Origin: Patescibacteria group bacterium
GTDB taxonomy: Bacteria; Patescibacteriota; Patescibacteriia; UBA10025; JBIOWE01
Assembly: GCA_044868145.1 (NCBI GenBank)
Contig: JBIOWE010000004.1
Span: 269,860 to 333,859, forward strand
Direction: 5' to 3'
Length of the DNA: 64,000 bases
A model generated the notes under the pieces. It saw nothing but the letters and a program-made list of their open reading frames with translations. It was not told where the DNA came from and searched no databases. Both the position numbers and the translations under genes were made by a program. Numbering within the stretch: the first letter of the stretch is position 1; each line of letters opens with the position of its first letter. This document shows positions 56,992-64,000 of this stretch, in pieces.

Positions 56992-57759
56992 TCAGATGCT
57001 TCGGTGCCTGCCGACGATCACTTTTAATTTCTTGGGCAGCACTTCTACGGTGAGTGGCGTTTTTAACACGATTTGGCCGTTAATTGCTGCCGAAACGCTT
57101 GTGCCAGCGGACGTAATTTTCGCTTTCTTTATTGGGAAAATGCTTGGTTGTTCTGGCCGCTTGCCGAAAAAAGGAAACAGAGACCTTGGGGGTGTCTTGG
57201 GCAAAAACATAGCTTCAAGAAGTCCGTCGCGGGGGTTAGAGCGCGACCCCAAAGCAGCTTGGTGCGTTTCATCGATGTTCGTTATGCGCAAGGTTGAGCC
57301 CTGTTTAAGGGGCTGAACGGTATACGAATCAATTTCGAGCGTAACCGGGTCATCCGTTGAGACGTTCAGACTCGTCAGAAAATAGTAGGAGTTTACTTTT
57401 GCGAGGTCGATTGTTTCAACAATGCGCGCGGATAAAATCGCGCACGCCTCCTCGGCATTTGGAATGCCGAATAATTGTGCGATGGTCGTGTGCGGGCCTA
57501 ACGGGATGATGCCAAGGGTAATTTTATGGCTCGGCAAGGTGCTAATCACCTTGCTTACTGTTGTATCGTCTCCGCAGATGACCAGGGTGTCAGCGCCCTT
57601 GCGAATTGCATCGTTGACAACCTCCTTCATGTTTTTCAACAAACTCATTCGCTCAATCCGGCCCTGGATGCCTAAATCAACAAATCTTGACTCGACTCGG
57701 TTGAGTACTGACTCATATTTTTTTTCCGTAAGAAATGAGTCGTATAAGTAATAGTACAT
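56992..57759 (-). CDS. DAGK_cat-family lipid kinase (YegS/BmrU-like)
   Basis: LVICGDDTTVSKVISTL (a variant of GGDGT) and an overall diacylglycerol-kinase catalytic-domain layout. Confidence 0.65.
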   Translation of the reverse strand: MYYYLYDSFLTEKKYESVLNRVESRFVDLGIQGRIERMSLLKNMKEVVNDAIRKGADTLVICGDDTTVSKVISTLPSHKITLGIIPLGPHTTIAQLFGIPNAEEACAILSARIVETIDLAKVNSYYFLTSLNVSTDDPVTLEIDSYTVQPLKQGSTLRITNIDETHQAALGSRSNPRDGLLEAMFLPKTPPRSLFPFFGKRPEQPSIFPIKKAKITSAGTSVSAAINGQIVLKTPLTVEVLPKKLKVIVGRHRSI

Positions 57760-57768
57760 GGAAAAAGT

Positions 57769-58155
57769 TTATTGTTTGATTGTTTTTCTCTGTTCCGTCA
57801 CCGGCGTTTCGTGTATCATTAAGCATTTACCTTGAAGAACCGCGCCCTCAGCCACTGAAAGTGTTTTTGTTTCAATGTTTCCAAAAATTTTTGCGCTTGA
57901 CGTCAACTCGGTTTTTTCTTTAATTTTGACGTTGCCCCGAATCTCTCCCGCAACAAAAATATTCGCCGCCTCCACATCCGCCTTAATTTTTGCATCCCGA
58001 CCTATCCGCAAATTGTGCTGCGTTTTTAGCATGCCATTCACCACTCCCTCAACGACGATATTACCTTGGCCAACAAAATTCCCTTCGACTTTTACAGAAG
58101 GGCCGATGACCGTTTCAACTTCCTTGGGATTCTCATCTGTTTGTTTATTGAACAT
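57769..58155 (-). CDS. Bactofilin (polymer-forming cytoskeletal protein)
   Basis: Repetitive beta-helical V/G/N-rich core VKVEGNFVGQGNIVVEGVVNG...IFVAGEIRGNVKIK.... Start moved to MFNKQTDENPKE. Confidence 0.75.
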   Translation of the reverse strand: MFNKQTDENPKEVETVIGPSVKVEGNFVGQGNIVVEGVVNGMLKTQHNLRIGRDAKIKADVEAANIFVAGEIRGNVKIKEKTELTSSAKIFGNIETKTLSVAEGAVLQGKCLMIHETPVTEQRKTIKQ

Positions 58156-58498
58156 AATGCAATGAACTTTAATGATGTTAAGAGGGTTTATTTTACTATA
58201 TAAATTGATTTCCCGCAAGGAATATTATACACTCAAAGTGCTATTTTTCCTAAGTAATTAGCTTTTTCGCATTATGCCGAAGGCAAATTTTAGAAGCAGT
58301 GTCCCTACGCATTCCGATGTTATCCAGCCGGAGGGGAAAGATCGTTACCTGCCTTCGGACTTAAGGAGGTTTACCTTTTTAGTATTGACAATAATGGCAA
58401 TATTTGTTGTATTATATATACTTTACAATAAAACATCATTTTTGTCAAATCTTGGTGAAAAAATTGTCGTAAAACTAATTTCCTAGTATCCTAGTCGT

Positions 58499-58514
58499 TG
58501 TTCCACGTGGAACA
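58499..58514. promoter_or_regulatory. Palindrome TGTTCCACGTGGAACA, copy 1, about 70 nt upstream of tRNA-Arg(CCT)
   Basis: Perfect 16-bp palindrome. A further half-site ATGTTCC lies 21 nt downstream. Confidence 0.5.
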
Positions 58515-58583
58515 TCTTGAACAATCATAATTATATGTTCCTGCGCCTGTAGTTAAAAGGACCCCATACCAATATGCACCAAG

Positions 58584-58655
58584 GCCCCCATAGTTCAACG
58601 GAAAGAACGAGGGACTCCTAAGCCCTAAATCTAGGTTCAATTCCTGGTGGGGGCA
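58584..58655 (+). tRNA. tRNA-Arg (anticodon CCT)
   Basis: Acceptor gccccca/tgggggc, D-arm gttc-aacggaaa-gaac, anticodon arm aggga-ctcctaa-gccct (A31:G39 mismatch), T-arm ctagg-ttcaatt-cctgg. Confidence 0.75.
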
Positions 58656-58803
58656 GATTGCGCGGGGCATGTAGAATAATCCTGTCGTAGGGCTCTATAT
58701 AGTTAAGTTTCGATTCTCGAATACTGAAAAATCGAAGAATTTACAAGATCCCGCCGAATCGCAGGAATCCCAAGGGCAGTTCAAGGATTCTTGGTGGCGA
58801 AGT

Positions 58804-58939
58804 GGGCCAATAGCTCAGCTGGTAGACCTGCCCGCCTATGCTTGCCTAGGACATGTCAAAGTGGCACTTACCACGCATGGCAATTATCAAAGCGCGCGTT
58901 GCATTACAATGCATAGGCAAGCAGGCGGGGCGCTGCATT
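58804..58939 (+). pseudogene. Disrupted tRNA-Ala 5' copy: acceptor plus D-arm (gggccaatagctcagctggtaga), a 102-nt insert, then gcgctgcattc
   Basis: The 5' 23 nt and the resumed gcgctgcattc match positions 1-23 and 24-34 of the downstream intact tRNA-Ala(CGC). The insert at 58827-58928 is internally palindromic. No anticodon-arm 3' strand or T-arm follows. Confidence 0.55.
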
Positions 58940-58959
58940 CATCCGCCCACCTTTGTTCA

Positions 58960-59032
58960 GGGGCCGTTAGCTCAGCTGGTAGAGCGCTGCATTCGCATTG
59001 CAGAGGTCACCGGTTCGAATCCGGTACGGTCC
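58960..59032 (+). tRNA. tRNA-Ala (anticodon CGC) with G3:U70
   Basis: Acceptor gggccgt/acggtcc (G3:U70), anticodon arm ctgca-ttcgcat-tgcag, T-arm accgg-ttcgaat-ccggt. Confidence 0.85.
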
Positions 59033-59040
59033 ATGGGGCA

Positions 59041-59090
59041 AAAGGTGGGCGGACAGAGGTCGGGGGTTCGAATCCCTTTTGGTACAAAGC
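59041..59090 (+). pseudogene. tRNA 3' fragment (variable arm, T-arm and acceptor 3' strand), paralogous to the fragment at 45604
   Basis: aaaggtgggcggacagaggtc-ggggg-ttcgaat-ccctt-ttggtaca. No matching 5' acceptor strand is present. Confidence 0.5.
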
Positions 59091-59114
59091 TGGTAAATTG
59101 ACGATAGGGAATAT

Positions 59115-59130
59115 TGTTCCACGTGGAACA
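59115..59130. promoter_or_regulatory. Palindrome TGTTCCACGTGGAACA, copy 2
   Basis: Identical 16-bp palindrome. It is followed by about 165 nt of ORF-poor sequence ending in a hairpin plus T-run at about 59275-59297. Confidence 0.5.
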
Positions 59131-59395
59131 CTTAAGAGGCTTTCAGTTTTCACACGAGAGACCGCCAGCGCCCCATCTTAAAGAAGAGGGTAGGGATGAA
59201 ATACTCTTGGCTCCCATGGGAAAAATTGAGCCGAATTTTACAAAATTACGATTACGGATACAAAAAGTGCATGCGCATGAAGTAATGTGCTTTTTTGTAC
59301 GCTGACATAGAGATTGATCAGGAAATTGCAATAATTCGCCAAATTCGCTATGCTAAATTCTGATAAGTAACTATTGAAGAAAGGAGGTGAAATCA

Positions 59396-60058
59396 ATGGT
59401 TCTCAAAGATGTCATCAACAACTCATACGCAAGCATGTGGGTTGGTTTTACCAACTTCCTTCCCAAGATTATTTTGGCAATCGTCCTATTGTTTGTGGGC
59501 TTTATTCTCGCGTGGATTGGTGACGCAATAGCGCGAAAGATAATTCGCGTCCTGAAGGTTGACGCAATTTTACAAAAAATTGGCTTGATGGGAATGTTTG
59601 AAAAGGCGGGCCTGAAAATAAGTTTTTCTCGCTTGCTTGGTGGAGTGGTATATTGGTTCGTGCTTGCGGTGTTCCTTGCAGCGGCGGTTAATGTGCTCGG
59701 ATTGACGCAAATAGCAGATTTCCTCAACAAGCTCGTCGCCTATCTGCCGAATGTGGTTGCAGCCGTGGCCATACTCGTGATCGGATTGCTCATTGGGCAT
59801 TTCCTCTCGAATATTGTTCACAAAACGACCGAAGCAGCGGGCATTACCAGTTCCAAGCGCCTCGCCAGTCTTACGAAATGGTCAATTTTTGTTTTTGCGC
59901 TCATCGCGGCGCTCGTTCAACTCAAGGTTGCCCCTGATCTCCTGCGAATTCTTTTCGCCGGGTTCGTTGCGATGCTCGCAGTCGCCGGCGGATTGGCGTT
60001 TGGACTTGGCGGGAAGGATGCAGCCAAGGAAATCGTCGATAAGCTTAGCAAAAAATAA
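59396..60058 (+). CDS. Hypothetical polytopic membrane protein
   Basis: Strong SD aaggagg 8 nt before the ATG at 59396 (the track uses an upstream GTG). Contains 5-6 hydrophobic helices. Confidence 0.6.
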   Translation: MVLKDVINNSYASMWVGFTNFLPKIILAIVLLFVGFILAWIGDAIARKIIRVLKVDAILQKIGLMGMFEKAGLKISFSRLLGGVVYWFVLAVFLAAAVNVLGLTQIADFLNKLVAYLPNVVAAVAILVIGLLIGHFLSNIVHKTTEAAGITSSKRLASLTKWSIFVFALIAALVQLKVAPDLLRILFAGFVAMLAVAGGLAFGLGGKDAAKEIVDKLSKK

Positions 60059-60135
60059 TTTTTCTTGTGCAATAAATCTCGGCACAATAGCCAATATTGG
60101 CGTTGGCAAGCGTTCGGTTGGTGGTTGTATACTTA

Positions 60136-60150
60136 CGTTCCACAATGGAA
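60136..60150. promoter_or_regulatory. Palindrome variant GTTCCACAATGGAAC, copy 3, about 35 nt upstream of tRNA-Ala(GGC)
   Basis: Same GTTCCA/TGGAAC half-sites with a 3-nt centre. Confidence 0.45.
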
Positions 60151-60182
60151 CATGGGAAATTTATTTGTGGCGAGTAAGGAAT

Positions 60183-60255
60183 GGGCCTCTAGCTCATTTG
60201 GTAGAGCGCTTCCATGGCATGGAAGAGGTGAGGGGTTCGAATCCCCTGAGGTCCA
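60183..60255 (+). tRNA. tRNA-Ala (anticodon GGC) with G3:U70
   Basis: Acceptor gggcctc/gaggtcc (G3:U70), anticodon arm cttcc-atggcat-ggaag, T-arm agggg-ttcgaat-cccct. Confidence 0.85.
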
Positions 60256-60300
60256 CGATCGGTAAAACTCTTTGTTAGATCATTGCCTCAGAGTAACATT

Positions 60301-61557
60301 ATGCAAAAAACCGTATATTTTATTGTTGGTGCTATTGTGATCATTGGTATTATTGTTGGCGGTTGGCTAAAATTTGGGGAAGACCTATTTGGGCCAGCTG
60401 CTCCAACAGCCAATGTCCATATTAGCAATTTGGCAAAAAATGCCTTTGGAATTCTTGACCCTTCGCAGCGGGTAGAGCGGAGCTCGGCGGGTGACCAAAA
60501 GACGCTTACCGCAGACAGTGCTTTGCTTCCAGGGTCATCTTCGTCCAGCGGATCGGGTTCCACGCTAATTGCACCTGTGCCTTCCGACGTCATCAACTAT
60601 GAGTACATCTATAAAGGCGATCCTCTCGTTTTTCCGAACTTGACCGTCCTCAAGCGGCAAAAAGGATTTGCGAATCAAGAACTCACAAATCTCATTCGTA
60701 GCAACCTGGGCTTTATTGATCTGACAACTTTTAAAAATGTCCGCGTCGATTATCTTACCGTTTCTGAAGAAATTGGCGATGGCTATGCATTATCTATTGA
60801 TTTCCACGATGGATCATTGTCTATTACCCAGAATGTTGTGAACGGGTATGACGGCATCAAGCCGCTACCTGCAAGGGGCATTGAACCCGGCGCCCAAATA
60901 CAAGCGCCGCCCGATTCCGAATTATTGGATATCGCGGCTCGGTTTTTGCAGGAACATCGCATTAATTTTTCCCTTTACGGAGCTCCGGAAGTTCGCAACG
61001 ATTATATTGTGCAAGCGCAACTTTTCGCTCAAGAAGGTCAGGCGGACGTCTCATCGTTGTATCCCTATGGCGCGCAAAGCATGGTGGTTTATCCGTTGGT
61101 CATCAGCAATCAAAAGGTATTTGACGAAGGAGGCAACACGTTTGGGCTGACCGTGAATATCGATGTCAGCACCAAGAAGGTTGTTGCGGTGTATAATATT
61201 ATGTCGTTGGGTTTTGAGTCGTCTCCGTATGAACTGGAAACTGATCCGGAAAAAATTCTTGCAGTCGTGAAGCGGGGCGGGATTTATGGATCGGGACCAA
61301 TTGATGGCGCCACAAAGACGGTGCAAATAGAGGTTGGCACGCCAACTATTGGCTACATGCTCTCGCGCTATCAACTTGATGGAGGCGCGAATGACATTCT
61401 GGTACCTGCCTTTATTTTTCCTATCAGTAAGGTACCGCAAGGCCAAGAACTATATACAAAAGCTATTGTAGTCCCTATTGTGAAAGATCTGCTTTCCCCA
61501 TTCCAGGGTGGAGGCGGGGTTGAAGTAAAGACCCTTCCAGCGGATAGTGTAAGATAA
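60301..61557 (+). CDS. Hypothetical membrane-anchored extracytoplasmic protein
   Basis: N-terminal TM VYFIVGAIVIIGIIVGGWL, a Ser/Gly-rich linker, and a roughly 350-aa domain without motifs I recognise. Confidence 0.6.
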   Translation: MQKTVYFIVGAIVIIGIIVGGWLKFGEDLFGPAAPTANVHISNLAKNAFGILDPSQRVERSSAGDQKTLTADSALLPGSSSSSGSGSTLIAPVPSDVINYEYIYKGDPLVFPNLTVLKRQKGFANQELTNLIRSNLGFIDLTTFKNVRVDYLTVSEEIGDGYALSIDFHDGSLSITQNVVNGYDGIKPLPARGIEPGAQIQAPPDSELLDIAARFLQEHRINFSLYGAPEVRNDYIVQAQLFAQEGQADVSSLYPYGAQSMVVYPLVISNQKVFDEGGNTFGLTVNIDVSTKKVVAVYNIMSLGFESSPYELETDPEKILAVVKRGGIYGSGPIDGATKTVQIEVGTPTIGYMLSRYQLDGGANDILVPAFIFPISKVPQGQELYTKAIVVPIVKDLLSPFQGGGGVEVKTLPADSVR

Positions 61558-61667
61558 TAAAAGAACAACTTAGGCTTCGTATACTGGAAAGAGTTGGACG
61601 ATTCTACCGAGCTCAAAAAAGACCACACTTTTCTCAAGCATGGTCTTTTTTGTTCTGTGCTATGATT

Positions 61668-62765
61668 TTATACTCGCTTTTCTTCAAATCGGAAGCTAAA
61701 AATGGCGAGAATCAGCAGCCCGACTGCCCAACCGAGGATCCAGTAGAGTTCTGTAGAGATCTGGCGCATGCCCGCACCGTCCACCATAACTTCTCGGAGT
61801 GCTTTCGCAAAGTGGCTTAATGGTAAGTATTGGACGACGTTTTGTAGCCATTGTGGCATCGCGTTCGTTGGAAAAAAGACGCCGGACAGGAACAACATGG
61901 GGAAGACAACGAGGTTCGCGATCGCCGGAACCGCGTCAACCGTTTTTGCAATGCCCGAGATGGAAAACCCAAGGCCAAGGAACATTACGCTGCCAAGCAG
62001 TGCGATAATAAAGATCAGGAGGTATGATCCTGCAACGTGCGTTTTGAAGAAAAGAACGCCAACGGCAATGAGAACCGCAACTTGCACCAACGCAACGAGG
62101 AGTCGCGTAACAACGTTGGAGGTAACAAATTGATACGGCTTCATTGGCGTCGCAAGTAATCGCTTGAGAATTCCTTTTTCTTTGTAATCCACAAACACAA
62201 ACGCCACCGAAAAGACGGCCATTTGCATAATGGACATGGCCACAATGCCCGGGAGCAGGAAATCAATGTAGCGCACGTTTTTTCCGTTGATTGATTCGAC
62301 GGAAAGCGAAAAGAGTTCTGGCGCTTGAGCGTACGCAAGCGTTGTTTTGTCGAGTATTTGATTAATAACGGAAATCGCCGTTTGCGCTTGCTGCTCCTGG
62401 CTCACGTTTTTTATCAAGGTAATGGTTTGTGTCTTCGGTTTTTCCTGGCCCGCGGGTATGAGGTTGTCGGGGATAATCATGACGATCGCGCGATCGCCTT
62501 TGTTCAAAGCGTCTCGCTCATCTGCTTCCGCTCCCTGATGAATATTAAACGCAGTAATTTGCTTCAATTGATCGATAAATTGCTGGGTTGCCGGAGAGGG
62601 GTTCGCGGCAACGATGCCAACGTCAATTTTTGGCACGCGGTCAAATCCAATCGCGCCGAAGATGAGCATGATGATCAGGGGCATGAAGAGCGTGAAGAAC
62701 AACGCTTGTCTGTTGCGCGCAAACATTTTTATCGCTGATTTTGTAAGGGTGAGCGTCGTATGCAT
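61668..62765 (-). CDS. ABC-2 type transporter permease
   Basis: 365 aa, 6 TM, ABC-2 family layout. Its start overlaps the ATPase stop region. Confidence 0.8.
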   Translation of the reverse strand: MHTTLTLTKSAIKMFARNRQALFFTLFMPLIIMLIFGAIGFDRVPKIDVGIVAANPSPATQQFIDQLKQITAFNIHQGAEADERDALNKGDRAIVMIIPDNLIPAGQEKPKTQTITLIKNVSQEQQAQTAISVINQILDKTTLAYAQAPELFSLSVESINGKNVRYIDFLLPGIVAMSIMQMAVFSVAFVFVDYKEKGILKRLLATPMKPYQFVTSNVVTRLLVALVQVAVLIAVGVLFFKTHVAGSYLLIFIIALLGSVMFLGLGFSISGIAKTVDAVPAIANLVVFPMLFLSGVFFPTNAMPQWLQNVVQYLPLSHFAKALREVMVDGAGMRQISTELYWILGWAVGLLILAIFSFRFEEKRV

Positions 62766-62770
62766 AGTAT

Positions 62771-63700
62771 CTATTCGCGTAATGTTCTGCCCGTAAGTTT
62801 TAAGAATACGTCTTCCAATGTTGCTTGCTGAACGCGTAGATTGAATATTTTAAAACCGCGTTCTTTTTCAAACGCAAAGAGCGCCGGAAGCGCTTTCTCT
62901 GTATCGTTTGTGACGAGTCGAATGCCATGATCTTCGGCTATTGCTTTTTGCACGCCATCGAGCTTTGCGAATGGTTCTGTTTCCATTTTTTGATCCACGT
63001 GAAACTCAATATTCGAGCTAATGTCCGCCAGTTTCAATAGGTTGGTTGGGGTGTCGAGCGCGATAATTTTCGCGTGATCCATAATGGCAATCCGGTCGCA
63101 GAGCACCTCCGCTTCTTCCATGTAATGGGTCGTTATCACAATGGTCGTGCCCTCTTGTTTGATTTCTTCAATCAAGTGCCACATGTTGCGGCGCGCCTGC
63201 GGGTCGAGCCCGGTCGTTGGCTCGTCCAAAAAAAGCACCTTCGGTTGATTGACCAAGCCGACCGCAATGGAGAGTCGCTGTTTTTGTCCGCCTGAAAGTT
63301 CTTTTACTTTGCTTTTCGCTTTTTCTTCGAGTTGAACTTTTTTCAAAAGCGCCAATGCGTCCACCTTTCTCCCATAGAGGGAAGCGAATGTGATAAGCAA
63401 TTCTTTTAAGTTCAACCCATCAAAGAATGATGAGGCTTGTAGCTGTACGCCAATGACCTGTTTTACGTCTCGCGGCCGTTCTTTGACGTTTTTTTCGTCG
63501 AGAATTACTTCGCCCGCGGTAATTCCCTTCAGGCCCTCGATCATTTCGAGCGTTGTGGTTTTACCGGCACCGTTTGGACCCAAAATACCGAACGTTTCAC
63601 CCTTGTGAACCGTAAAAGAAATGCCGTCAACTGCAACAAAGTCGCCGTATTTTTTGGTTAAATTTTTTACCTGGATAATATCTGACATCTGAGTCGTCAT
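62771..63700 (-). CDS. ABC transporter ATP-binding protein
   Basis: Walker A GPNGAGKTTTLEMIEG, signature LSGGQKQRLSIAVGL, Walker B LFLDEPTTGLD. Confidence 0.9.
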   Translation of the reverse strand: MTTQMSDIIQVKNLTKKYGDFVAVDGISFTVHKGETFGILGPNGAGKTTTLEMIEGLKGITAGEVILDEKNVKERPRDVKQVIGVQLQASSFFDGLNLKELLITFASLYGRKVDALALLKKVQLEEKAKSKVKELSGGQKQRLSIAVGLVNQPKVLFLDEPTTGLDPQARRNMWHLIEEIKQEGTTIVITTHYMEEAEVLCDRIAIMDHAKIIALDTPTNLLKLADISSNIEFHVDQKMETEPFAKLDGVQKAIAEDHGIRLVTNDTEKALPALFAFEKERGFKIFNLRVQQATLEDVFLKLTGRTLRE

Positions 63701-63706
63701 GCAACG

Positions 63707-64000
63707 TTATGAGGAGCCAATGGGATGATTCTGCCTGCCTTCTTTCAAAACGTTCGCCCACCAAGCAAGCTGATTAAACATTTTACCGGCGAGTTTTGCG
63801 TAACGCGGATCAAGCGGATTGCCATCAGGGCCAAACGCTTTGGAAATAAACTGGATTGGGACATGTGCCCGGATTGGCGCCATTTGGAGTTCAATGACCA
63901 CTTGCCGGAGTTGTTCGGTGGCGCGTGATCCAGCCATGGCGCCGCCATAACTGACAAAAGCAACCGGTTTATTATTCCAGCCCGCGTATATATAGTCAAG
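63707..64000 (-). CDS. NADPH-dependent FMN reductase-like flavoprotein. The C-terminal portion lies in the window and the gene continues beyond the window end.
   Basis: The minus frame stays open to the window edge: ...LDYIYAGWNNKPVAFVSYGGAMAGSRATEQLRQVVIELQMAPI.... This is consistent with the NADPH-dependent FMN reductase/flavodoxin-like fold family. Confidence 0.55.
   Translation of the reverse strand, partial: LDYIYAGWNNKPVAFVSYGGAMAGSRATEQLRQVVIELQMAPIRAHVPIQFISKAFGPDGNPLDPRYAKLAGKMFNQLAWWANVLKEGRQNHPIGSS

Noticed and set aside
58274-58486. 70-aa ORF upstream of the tRNA-Arg(CCT) island
   Set aside because: It has one hydrophobic segment, but no RBS and an AT-rich low-complexity C-terminus. 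The evidence is insufficient to call it.
59114-59305. 63-aa ORF starting inside palindrome copy 2
   Set aside because: There is no SD and the start lies within the palindrome. The interval is better explained as a small-RNA or leader candidate.
1-64000. CRISPR array, cas genes, integrase/transposase/recombinase, or phage structural genes
   Set aside because: I found no regularly spaced direct repeats and no protein with integrase, transposase or capsid/terminase motifs. The tRNA fragments are the only mobile-element-like signal, and no recombinase accompanies them inside the window.

Overview
This 64 kb window is a bacterial chromosomal segment, about 50% GC, densely packed with housekeeping genes. 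Many of them sit on the minus strand: tandem PlsC acyltransferases, H+-pyrophosphatase, nusA, YraN, rnhB, cmk, pnp, rpsO, rmlB/rmlD, tkt, purLQ, hup, ymdB, rny, clpP, nrnA, rbfA, infB, cca, rluD and rplS. The content resembles a reduced-genome bacterium, possibly Patescibacteria/CPR-like, but that is inference from gene content only. Positions 25.5-37.0 kb hold a complete type IV pilus operon: a histidine kinase and a CheY-like response regulator, then pilB, pilC, three prepilin-type minor pilins, a 627-aa pilin-fusion protein, a PilM-PilN-like fusion and a major pilin, with pilT divergent. I call 11 tRNA genes by hand-folding: Arg-TCT, His-GTG with an encoded G-1, Arg-TCG, Lys-CTT, Val-GAC, Leu-GAG, Val-TAC, Ala-TGC, Arg-CCT, Ala-CGC and Ala-GGC. 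All three Ala isoacceptors show the G3:U70 pair. The tRNA islands are littered with tRNA fragments, including one tRNA-Ala 5' copy split by a 102-nt insert, several 3' fragments and a conserved roughly 60-nt inter-tRNA element. A palindrome TGTTCCACGTGGAACA (with a variant) occurs three times, each upstream of a stable-RNA locus. Several other intergenic repeat families recur across the window. A 460-bp ORF-less stretch between cmk and rnhB carries a textbook TTGACA-N17-TATACT promoter, multiple long hairpins and an intrinsic terminator; I regard it as a candidate ncRNA or long regulatory leader. Other notable items are a NYN-domain gene inserted between rpsO and pnp, a FabH-like enzyme with a roughly 90-aa insertion, a GT2-NodB fusion next to an SRPBCC protein, and an island of hypothetical or small membrane proteins at 15.8-20.7 kb. 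I found no CRISPR array, integrase or transposase. The ORF track uses alternative start codons (TTG at 7219, GTG at 59387), so several starts were revised to better-supported ATGs. Hand-counted coordinates may be off by one or two nucleotides.
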